From contig CM120643.1 of NCBI GenBank assembly GCA_051362555.1, positions 30,068,494-30,086,056 of the forward strand: DNA of 17,563 nt. Reading direction: 5' to 3'. Below, piece after piece: positions 1 through 11,404 of this stretch (position 1 is the stretch's first letter; the number at the start of each line of letters is the position of its first letter). The position numbers were made by a program, and so were the translations under genes. The notes under the pieces are model-generated. The model made no database searches, was not told where the DNA came from, and worked only from the letters and a program-made list of their open reading frames with translations. The DNA comes from Lingula anatina. Lineage: Eukaryota > Animalia > Brachiopoda.

Positions 1-1323
1 TTAATGTAATACGTGATCTGAGAAACCATACACCAATTTGCCTTGAAAAGATTTATCATATTATATTTTAGAACGTCTGCTTTTAAGGTTGAACGATGAG
101 AATTTTCGCGGTGAGTTATCTTTCAAAATAAAACCGACAACATAAAAGCAGATACAACAACAACGATTTACAATGCCCCCCTCAACTTTGTTATCAATTA
201 TTCAATGTTAAACAATATACAGTATGTTCATAAACAAGCTGACATGTTAGATTCTTAACAGCTAATATATCACTGTAGGATAAGCGATTTGAATACATAG
301 AAACAAGGAGAATAACTGGGGAAGTTTATCTTGAGCGCTTTACAAACTGTAGCACGCTCTCCTCTCTCGTTTTCATCCTCATCCATGCCTTTGTTTGGTT
401 GCACTTCTTAATCTGTCACTCATTTACACCACAGCTTTTCCCGAACTGATCGCAATGATCATATATAGGTGTAGCAAAAGCGTATTGGGCAGAAAATCCA
501 TAAAAGTGCATTTTAATTCTGTTTGAAGAGTCACATTCACTACCACACCAATAAACCTTTTTGCTGCTCTCATTTATCGACATTTCTCCCAATTACTCTA
601 GGGAACATTTTGATTAAGTAGTTGAATAATTTATACATTCAAGAAGGATTATCTATCCATATCATCGGCATTATATTATCAGAATGGATTATCATAGAAA
701 AAGCTGTTGTCGTTTGGAATGTGCGTTGATGCACACCAAGAGAGCGGGTGCATTGAAATTACATGTGCAATTTTGATCCGATGCCACTGCGAATTAACTT
801 TTCCAATTAAGCCATCTCTAAAATTCCAAAATCGCATGTGTGGTTAATGAAATAAGGTAGACAAAAGCATAATTTGAAAATAGTTCACTTGCGTTTCCAT
901 GAAATATTTCATCTTTGGGACATAAATTTGCACACCGCGTCATTAGATTTTTATGCAGAATTTTTCTTATATATGTTGATGAAATAGTTGATGGGTCTTT
1001 CAAGAGCATTGGTTTACCCCAAGCTACTCTTTAAAATATTAATATTTATCATATCTTTTATCTGTTTATTGACGATGGGATTATCACGGTTGTACTATTA
1101 CAATGAGGACTTTTGCATGTACAACACTGAAAAACAATATTAAATTATATAATGTTAATGGTGAGAGTTTGTATCATTTAAAATTCGGTACTTGTCAGAT
1201 AAAAGAAACTTCTGATAATCTGATTAACAAATCAAACTGCCGTCCCAAAAAAAGTCCCTTCCGTAGAAAAAAAATAAAAAATAAAACAAAGCTGATTCCT
1301 TTTGCATTCATATCAGTTTACTA

Positions 1324-1357
1324 TGTGTGTTTGTGTGTGTGTGTGCGTGTGTGCGCG
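1324..1357. repeat. Imperfect (GT)n microsatellite
   Basis: tgtgtgtttgtgtgtgtgtgtgcgtgtgtgcgcg. Confidence 0.85.
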
Positions 1358-2135
1358 TTGGGCGGGGGAGAGTAGGCAAACAACAGGCCGGACATCTTTT
1401 CCAAATATATAATTTGTAACACGAACACAGAGAGGAAATAAAGAGAAACATTTGCTTTATTCCACCAAAAGATGCGTTGAATGAGGTAGTTTTTATACTA
1501 TCCTTTAAAATTTCAGTTTTTATTTCACCTTGATATAGTTCGTTACCTGTATAAAGCATACTGAACGAACTGCTTTTTAGGTGTAGTTTGGTTTTTGAAT
1601 GTTAACCTTTAAATGTGAGTTGTAACTGCGCTTTGAAATCTCGCGTTGGTGTAAAAATGTGCAAATGGTTCATTCGACGTTTCAGCCAGATTACCGTCTT
1701 CGTTTTGCATGCCTGACAAAGGCAGATTTCGTATAGCCAGTATGGTATCAGTATGGTTATAACAGTATCGGTAGGCCAGGGCATAAAATATGTGCATCAC
1801 GTCCTTGGTTCTTGGTGCTATATGACTAATATATCGCTTGCATCTATCTTCATTCAGGAAGTATGTTAAGTCAAGTCTCTTGGGTTGGGTGCTGTGCGGT
1901 ACGTGGGTAAACAAATTTGAATGCAAGGCTTACACATCGCTAACGCATGCACTTATCAGCCACACGTAAACACTTAACAAGACACACATTGAACAAAGAC
2001 CTGCGTATCACTAGTATGTTTCAAATTTTAAGTACTTTTTTTCGATCAGCTCCGCGTCTTCTTGAAAGGCGGAGAGGGACTCCTTTTGTATTCATTCGCA
2101 ATCAACACGTCTGCGCGGCGTGTGAAACGGGTGCT

Positions 2136-2172
2136 TATAAAGCTGCTTGCCGCTACGCCATCTAGATCAGTT
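2136..2172 (+). promoter_or_regulatory. Core promoter (TATA box + initiator) of the double-knot precursor gene
   Basis: TATAAA at 2136-2141 and TCAGTT (metazoan Inr consensus TCAKTY) at 2167-2172, which puts the predicted +1 A at 2169, 33 nt after the TATA start. The region is locally GC/CpG-richer and is followed by a GTAGGT donor at 2207. Confidence 0.7.
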
Positions 2173-2206
2173 GGCACCATTACTGTCAAGCCGAAGCCAC
2201 GCCGTG
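2169..2206 (+). other. Non-coding exon 1 (5' UTR); intron 1 = 2207-2338
   Basis: Runs from the Inr to the GTG|GTAGGT donor. The next strong acceptor is ttttcttgttgcag ending at 2338. There is no ATG in exon 1 or in 2339-2501. Confidence 0.6.
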
Positions 2207-2392
2207 GTAGGTCGATCATTCATACCTAATGCTCATCTGCCGTTTTGAATACGCGAGTGTCAGAACAACATTACAAAATTGTTAACAGGTTGTATCCAAC
2301 ATTATTTTGTCTTTAAAAGTGACTTTTTCTTGTTGCAGAGTTTCAACATATTGGAAAGCCAACGCTGTCGGAAGATTTGAAGAAAAATAAGC

Positions 2393-2411
2393 AAGAAAGA
2401 AAGAAAGAAAG
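2393..2411. repeat. (GAAA)n repeat in the predicted 5' UTR
   Basis: aagaaagaaagaaagaaag. Confidence 0.7.
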
Positions 2412-2501
2412 GAGAAGTTTTTAAAAACTTATTCTACTGAGAAAACCAAGTACCTGTTTCTGCAGTGGTTGTTATAAACAGAAAAGTACGAAGAATACAC
2501 A

Positions 2502-2613
2502 ATGGCAGCTTTCCAAATTCAAAGTTTGCACACTTGGATCCTCGCCTTGACACTTCTAGTTTGTTTGATGATGTGCACGACAAGAATTCTGGCTTCAAAT
2601 CTCGATGGAGCAG
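2502..2613 (+). CDS. Exon 2 coding part: signal peptide MAAFQIQSLHTWILALTLLVCLMMCTTRILA-SNLDGA
   Basis: ATG in strong context (ACAATGG), hydrophobic core WILALTLLVCLMMC, probable cleavage after ILA, donor CAG|GTATGT (phase 1). Confidence 0.85.
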
Positions 2614-5600
2614 GTATGTTATTACATGATTAATCTTAACTGAAAGGGGATAATGCATTTGAATGATAGCAATCATAACAGAAGCCATGTTCAGTGCATT
2701 CTTAAAGGGAATCGCGTTCGTGTTTAGACTGATATTTGTCAACACATATTCCATATTTTGGCAATGTTATATTGTTCGTATATATAAATGCAAATAATTG
2801 CTATAAATATTTTAAAGTGAAATCCTTAACGTTAAGTAGTCAAATACCGTATAGTAGAACCATGGGTCTATTAAACTTCCTCATAAGACTTAAGCGCCGC
2901 GTTTTGGTGTTGTTTAGACTGTATAAAAAATCCAGCCAGGGAGTCAGATAAAAGAATTAATTCCCAAGTCATAACAATATATTGTTATTGCCTAAGCATT
3001 AATTGAGCTTTTGCGTGTGGGATGTTTTGATATATACGTAGTCACCGAAATAGTCGTACTCATCGAAAAAAGCAAAAGGAAAATTGAAGAAACAAAGATA
3101 CATTTTTTGTCAAATAATAGCAAATGAACGATACACAGAGTTATGGTACAAAGAACAACAGTAGACTTATATCCTTATCGGGTAGGGAAAAGTGATTACA
3201 CTGGGGAAAGAGATGTTGGCAAAAAGTGTTGCCTTAATATTAGGATATTTAAATATTAAACAAAACTGGAGCAAAGCTCGGTTGCATCTGTTGGAACCAA
3301 GCCATTAGCTCTGGAGCAACACCACTTATCCGACAGTTCATAATTCACTCCGACCAGCACACATTATAACCCATCACGGCTTATTTAGGAGGCACTAATT
3401 ACGGGTCGTGTGGCAGATAACATTTAGAATGCTTCAGTAAATATACCGTAGTAAATCACACAAATCGAAAAAACATTTTTTTAATGATAAATGAGCATGA
3501 GATTTCAAAACTTTATTAGAAGCACGTCGGATTCATGTCAGAAAGTATCTTTTTAAAGGAACTAGAAATCAGGCAGAATGAACCTGGAAAATATAAGACA
3601 GAAGCAACGTGAGAGTTCGAAGATTGTCGGAAATTACCGTATGCGTTATTAAAAGAACAATTTGCATGTCAATGCCGGGGCAATATGTGCTGAACTGTAA
3701 GAATGTTTCATGCCTGCGTCAATTAAGGACATTGGTAAAGCCGGCGGCCTAAGCTACTGTTTAAAAATTCATAAAGAAAATTGAATGTTTTCGAAGCTTT
3801 TGCACGATAGATTCCCCCAAGCAATAATCAACCACTAATTAGGTTTCGATCCGAATATTTCAATTTCTTGTCAGGAGATATCGCGTAGCCACTGACTAGT
3901 CGATTAGCCCTTCAGTGGGCCCTAGTCATTTACGGGATAGGCTATGTCGGTCTCACCCGTGCAAAATAACACGGTGTCATGCCATCAAGAATATTTACGA
4001 TTGTCATAAAAAAGTATAGTAAAAGAAGTCTGTATCTTTTCATTCATAAATCTCTGTTATAGTTATAACAAATGTATTATTTCTTGCAGTTTCAGTACAA
4101 AGCACAGACCGAAAGTGAAACTGATACTTCATTTTTCTCTATGCTTAATTAAAATATTTGCAATGAAATAAAAAAAAGTTTATAACAGCAGTGACGTCAA
4201 CCCATTCATTAAGATTACGACACAGAACGCTAACATCAGTCGAATGCTGTGCTTGTGATAAGTTAACGAATCTAAAATGCGAAGTTTATCTTACATAATG
4301 GACAATGGGTATTAGAGAGCATGATGTGCGAAGGCAAACTAAAAAGTTGAAGCAAGCAAAACTACATTGGCATGGCTAACGCAGTTCAAACATCCCAACG
4401 TGTACGTGCTCTGATTTGTGAAACAGTTTAGGTTAAACTACCTTCCGATACCATTTTAGTCATATTTGCAGGAAATGTTTTAGATGCACATCTGGCGGTC
4501 GATCTGAAAGGTTTTAAGTATCTGTAATGCTTCCCTTGGCGGCTATTATTGTGATCTCCAGTTCAGTAGGACCGGGAATGCAGTTTAAGGCAGGGGAAAT
4601 GCCTCATTCATCAGAAATGACCCTTAATAGCTCCGTGAAGTGAATAAAGCCATATAATGATATTTTTGTCAATACTGACATTGAGAAAATGTATAAAACT
4701 TGTATTTAAGTCACTTTTCGTTCTGTGTATAAACACTGACAACATGAAAAACAGGGGAGAACGCAAATATATTGGAATAACTTAAAGAGAGCACAGTAGA
4801 GAACTTTCTTTTTTTGGCATTATTTTCTCCTTCTGGTAAATTATGGAAACAATTGTTTGAATGATTAATTTGTTTTTATTGATGCGCACTTGATAAAATT
4901 GGCAAAACAAAATCGCGTAAACACCAGTAGATATGATTGACTTTGATGAGAATATTCACTTATAAAAAGTTTATCACAACGAAAACCCACTACATCAAAA
5001 GTATTATCTGTCCACTGAATCATAAGGGTCATTCCTCCATGGTAAGTAAGCAATATTTGATAAAAAAGCAAAAATTTCTCTACGTTAACGGTGTGCGCCA
5101 ACGATGCCATTCACTCAGATTTTATCCGTTCACTTATTCATCCTTCAAAACCGATTATCTTTCACATGATGCAACTTTTTAGAAATCTTATTGATATAAT
5201 ATCATACATTTATAGGAATAATGAAAGGGAGTAACAAATTTTACCCCATAATATTTATTGATTTTTTTCCTTTTTTCTTTTCTTTTCTTTTCTTTCTTTT
5301 TTTTTTCTTTTTTTTGGGGGGAGGGGGGGTGGTGGTGGAAGCCAACAGCCTAAAACACGTTTTCTGAGAAAATTAAGATTTTTGTCATAACCACTTCTAA
5401 TTCAAACGAGGATTTTGGGGCATTTTTCATACTGTTATACAAGTGATTGCATTGACAAAAGTCTTATTTGTATCTGCCTGATTGCTTTGTTGCAAAATGC
5501 AACATATGTGTAAAGGCAATGTACTTAAATACGAAATGCGAAACGAGAATTGTTTGTAATTGATGCTGCCTATTTGCAAGGTTCATTAAAGGCGGTATAA

Positions 5601-7710
5601 AAAAGAAATATTATAAAATACATGAGTTCTCGACTATACTTTGAAGTAACATACAAAGAGGTGAGTGAGTAGAATGGAGCTGATATGCCACAAGCGTATT
5701 AGATTCGACAGCTGCTGGTCCATAGGGAACACGAAAGGCTCATTTTTACCAATGAACCGTCTTTGAAAAAATCTATAAAATGTGACAAAAACACGATTGT
5801 CTCACCTAAGGTAATAATATTAATTAACTAATTTTTGTGAATATCTCGCGTGGCATTTTTGCCTACAGCGTTATGTCAATTAAAATGCGCAACAGTTTCA
5901 CGCGATCATCTTACAGTTTCAAGTTTGTATCTCGAACACAAATACCAAAAATACAGTGATAAGTTCATAATTTCAGGAAAAAAACAATCGTAATTATCTC
6001 CGCCAAGGAGGTTATGTTTTCACCCCTGTTTGTTTGTTTGTCTGTCTGTCATCAACATAACTCAAAAAGTTATGGACTGATTTTGATGAAATTTTCAGCA
6101 ACTGTCAGAAGTTGGCCAAGGAACAGATGATTAGTTTTTGGTGGTGATCCGGATCAATAATCATTAATAATCAATAATATTCAGAAATTGCTGCCTTGGC
6201 GGAGGTCTGCGCTCTCGGAGTGCTCTTCTAGTTTTGGTAAAATTTTAACGTTAAGGTGTAGCCCAACTCTGTGTGTGAAGCTGCATAGACACGAAACACA
6301 CTGTATACTTATTTGGAGAAGAATGTTTTTTTATTTGTTTGTTTGTTTTGCTGGCTTATTTGAAATTCAACAGTTATAACCAAGAATCTCTTATACAGAA
6401 AAAAAAGCCCAAACAATTTAACCCCAAGTGCTTGGTACTGAAGCATGTGTTTGTACGTGAGTGGCGGGAAAGGTTGCAAGGTAGGCCTAATCTTCTGTTA
6501 TAACTATACATCTTATTGACAAATTTATACTGTGTGACACTTCATCTTATGCACCAGTCTGACAGCAAATTGAACGCATTCTCCAGCGGCGTAGCCTCGG
6601 TGGAACTAAACTCAAATAGACTGTGACAAGATATTTCCATTAGTTCAATGGCTGTCAATTATCAAACTTGGAATTATTTGGATACTGCTATGATATACAC
6701 CTTTTTTAAGTATACACAAATGACTTTACAAGAGGTATATCGCTGTATCGTATAGTGGATTACTCATTTACCATCCAAAATTGATACAATTTAAGCATAA
6801 CAAAGGACCTTAGTTCATTAGATGAGATTAGTGACTAAATTTGGAATCCTTTTTATTGTGAAATATGCAGTCCCATAAAATAATTATGACTCGTCAATGA
6901 TTTATTAGAAAAATCCTACAAGTCAAGTTGTGCTCTCTCCCGTGGCCTTTTCGGTTAAAGGCAAATGGGAAATTCGTGTTAAAACAATCAAATGCAATTA
7001 GTATGCTGTAAATTGGAAAATACATCGCCTTAAAAGCATCTAAATGATGTTAATTAATTTTTGCGCCTGCAAATGGCACAAAAATATACTAATAGAATTT
7101 TAACAGTTAAATGTCACAGGCCAAAGTTAATCTAATACAACTTTAACAGTTAAATTTCACAGGTCAAAGTCAATCTAGTAATCTATTTAACTATAACATG
7201 GGATCGTAACCTATTAAAATCCAATCTGCTCTTGGCAAACTTAAGTTTAGGCACATTGCTACTTTTCTACATGTATCTTTTGTAGTCAATTTACCTAGAA
7301 CAAGAAGCAGTGCAAGGGTAGTTGGATCATAAACTAGTGGTTTTGTGAAGTGTTTTAGACAGTATAGAGTCATGGGATGGGTTCAGTATGTTGTTACTTC
7401 TATTTTCAGACAATGACGACGAAATTCGCCCACTGGAAGATACACAGGAAGAAGAAAAAAGGTAATAAGCGTTTTTACTAATCGATAGGTAGTCTTCGTG
7501 CTTAGTTTTTTTTCTGTATTGTGTTTGTTTGTAAATATTAAGAGAAGAATAGGATGGAGCTTAAAATATTTACTGTCTTGCAGTGTTGTCATTTCATATG
7601 AGTAGGCGATAATATTGAATTCATACTAATTAAAATCTACACATGACGTTATTTTTTATATCAGCCTCGTAGAACATAGTCACAGTGACGTGACACTTCT
7701 TCGTGCTCGA

Positions 7711-7760
<50 letters not shown>

Positions 7761-9585
7761 TCCAATTAACCGGGACACAAGTCATGGCATTTAGATGTGG
7801 AAATGACGTTATTATGTCTCATGGGGTCATGGGCTGGGTCTTAATCCTTCATCTGGTTCACAATCTTCGTGGTATTTGTTGATTTATTTTCCAATAACAC
7901 ATTTTTTGTATATTTTAATATGTTGTTAAATAAATGCGACAGTCTTTCAGAACGGTCAAATTTGTCTGACCTTAAAGGCCCTAGACATACTGCAGTGGCT
8001 TTTCGAAACACATTTGTACATTTAACTATGGAGGCATTTCTCAGGCCACTCAAGGTGACCACATTTGGAACAATGGACAATAACGGATACGATCTCCCCA
8101 AACAATCTCTTTGGCTAACCCCTAGAGTATCGTTACCCAGTTTAATCAAATCTCGCTGACGTAGGCTTAACACGAACGCTTCCGTTTTCGACATTTGGAA
8201 GCGACAAAATATGGGATAAAATAAGTAGAATCTTCGGAGAAACAGAAGAGAAAAAGGGAGGCAGGTGCTGGTTTAGATTTATTCAATTACCTTTCTTCTG
8301 CCAGAATGACCCAGCGAATGTTCACGGTCTCACGGGGAGCGCCATTTCAGTACCAATACCTTGGTTTATTATGAAACCAGATGTTTTGTCTCACGGGCTA
8401 TTTCCAGACTGTTTTTGGCTACAAAATGAATTCAAGGAACAAACCATTAAGGGCAATTCCATGTCCTTATCTTGATAGATTCTCTTTCCTTCAAACACCA
8501 AATACGCGTTGTTAGAATGCGAAATACGGGATTATTTTCTATTCAAATAAAGGGTGGAAAAGTGTCGATTATATAACACCACATTTCTCCAAAGTCAGTA
8601 ATTGCTTAGGGAACTATCAGATAGGAATCTACTGTAAGCCTAAAGTGGAACTGCTGACAAACACCTAGAAGGGCTAAACACAATTGCTTTTCCTTTTAGG
8701 AATTTTTTGTTTCCATGTATTGTAAGCCTGGGGAGCGAAAGGTATTCGGGAATTTTTATTGTTCTGATCCTCTGTTACTAATCAACAGGACAATGATGAA
8801 TACAGCAAGGATGTATGCCCTTTATGTATACTAACTCAAACTACACGCAACCCCAGCTGTGCAAAATTCCCTCACTGTTTTGAGTATCAAGTTTTTGTAT
8901 TTTTAAAACCTTAAACAGTCACATAAACCCCGATGAACTTCAACATTTTCAGTCAAATCTTTTTACTATGTGCATGCTTGGAATTTATGGAAATGGGTGT
9001 TCTGTTTTAACATGCATGTTTCTTGATATTCGGCGATGGTTACATTCAGTCTAGGATAGAAGATAAATGTTGGGTCTTAGCTGCAATAATGTTTTCCATT
9101 CCCGTAACGGGACCCTATTTTCTTGCTGGGAGTGTCCATTATTTGCACTTTTTCTGTTATTGTGTTGACAATGGAGCGAAGCGTAACAGCAGAGCATCGT
9201 TATATACTAGTTCTTACAAAATCAAAAATACAAACATATAGACTAATATGTTCCGCACAACATTCATTTTCAAGAATCTACAAGTGTGTACTAATAAATA
9301 TATTCCCCATCCGTCTCATCCTACTGTTTTTGCCATTATTACTATAGTTATTATTATCATTATTTTTTTTATTATTGTTGTTGTTGTTTACATATTCACC
9401 TTTTCTTCAACTTGGAAATATTTCATAAAAACATTGCTGTTGCTTGTTGGTGTTTAGAATATTTATGATAACTTAGTCCCCCCCTTTTATGTGATTTTAT
9501 TGAGGTGAGGTATTTATGTGAGGTATATTTTTGCTACATTATCTGATGATAACAAAGCGGATTGTTGGCTTTTTGCTGTTGATGT

Positions 9586-9644
<59 letters not shown>

Positions 9645-11363
9645 CTCCCATCACATTGAGTTTGATTAGAATACTAACTTGCAGCTGTTTATTGTTTTTG
9701 TGATATACAAGTGTACTGTGTGTTACAATTTTCCCCTAGGCGAGGGAAGGTTGACACTCTAGAAATAATTTTTCTAACGCGATTTCACACAAAATTGTGG
9801 AATAAATCAATACTGTGGGCAGAGCATGTAAAGTCCACGTATAAGACCATTAGAAAAAGACCAGTATGCAAAATTTATTAAGTTCCATTTAATGCAAGAA
9901 AAAAGTGTTTCACCATACGCGTGGCTGACTCTTATGACCACCGTAATGGAATACATAATGAACCTACAATACTCCATACTCTCCATGCTATTATCGTTGA
10001 ATTATCTGAATATTCCATATCATAAAAAACACAGTTTGACATTAACTTTTTAAAATTATATTACTTACTTATGATTTCTGACCGTATTATTTCACTTGGA
10101 CTGATTCACGTTGGTTTTCTCTCTGATTCATTTTCATTACACAGTATGTCGAATAGATTCATGTTATCATTGCACTCCAAACTTTGCCATGGCTACCTTT
10201 TGTGTCTAGCAGATCAAATAACAAATTGTTTTTGTTAATCACTGACCTAGATATATTGTTTAATAAAATATTTCATATCTTTTTATTAATAGGCAACTCT
10301 ATTATCCGGGTGTGTACGACTACTGGAAGAAATATTGGACCAAAAAGTAAGTGCTGGGAAGGGCGACTTGCTTATAGATTCTGTGAAGATGAGAGCATTC
10401 GAACAGTTGACCTGTGTACAATGTTCTGTATGTGTGTGCATGGTGGAATTTTATGTTGGCATTGGCAGGTGCGCGCTCGAGAGAGAGAGAAAGAATAATA
10501 GCATTGGTATGACACAACAGTTCATATTTCCTGTCTGAAACACAGAGCAAATGCGTCCTCCAACTTGACATACCCAGCCTCATAGACATTCCATTCTCAC
10601 AAAGCATCCGCTTCATGTGTTGGTGAACTAAATAATTGATGCCTGACGAGCCTATTAGATGATATTATGTTTAGAATCTCCCGGTAGACCGTTACAAGGC
10701 AAATAACCTTAGGGTGGATATCTTAAGTAATTACTGTCTGAACATGCGTCCCAAGATTTTATCCTTATATCGGTTCATTTTCCCAGGGTGCTTAAGGGGT
10801 ATTGGAACTTTATAATGTACTTTGTGTCTCCTCATTAACCCAAGCGAAAGTATATTTGGCAAAAATATATTTTTCACATTTCTCTAATGTGATATGCTTA
10901 TCTTAATATATTATTGCAATTAAAAATAAACACTTTTAGACCACAAAGTCCCTTTTCTGATCCTTTATTCACTACCCCACCCTTAAGCACATAGGTTGGC
11001 CAGGCGTTAATCGCCAATTTCGCTGCTGTGTAAATTGGTAAGAGATAGTGATCATTTTCCGATGTAATTCTGTAACTCAGTAAGATATTATCATGATAAT
11101 TGGCATGGTTGACGACTATGGTGTAAACCCCCATTTGCTTTCACAGCGTTTGATTTTATATTCTTTTGTTTAGAAAATTTGAACCCCTAAATGTTGCATT
11201 TAAAAGGCATTATTTCGCCTCTTTTCTGTTTAAATCAAGAGTGATCATCGCAAGATGGTTTCCTGACTCCAATTTGTAGAACAAATAACTATGTTTAAAT
11301 AATCCTTAAAATGGCGAGGGAGATTTGTTTAACACTGATATTATAGTTTTCAACCCCCCCCCC

Positions 11364-11404
<41 letters not shown>

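Noticed and set aside
2434-2754. Minus-strand ORF containing kinase-like HRDLKPE
   Set aside because: It lies antisense to the signal-peptide exon and has no other kinase subdomain (no DFG or APE), so it is treated as coincidence.
7841-8194. 117-aa minus-strand ORF upstream of a minus-strand poly-A (poly-T 7713-7759), as a possible retrocopy or LINE end
   Set aside because: No recognisable RT or other domain motifs and no TSD adjacent to the tail.
9023-9703. Hydrophobic ORFs (IIIIFFIIVVVV, YIYIYI)
   Set aside because: These are translations of ATT/GTT and (AT)n simple repeats.
10131-10238. Strong-looking acceptor ttttcattacacag ending at 10144
   Set aside because: Splicing from exon 3 hits a stop after about 30 codons and loses the KR site and the knots. 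No supporting donor was found.
10184-10498. 104-aa ORF with a vaguely VWC-like Cys pattern (KCWEG...CTMFCMCVHGGILC)
   Set aside because: It overlaps exon 4 in another frame and runs through a consensus GTAAGT donor. Its Cys residues come largely from TG-rich low-complexity sequence, and using it would require skipping exon 3.
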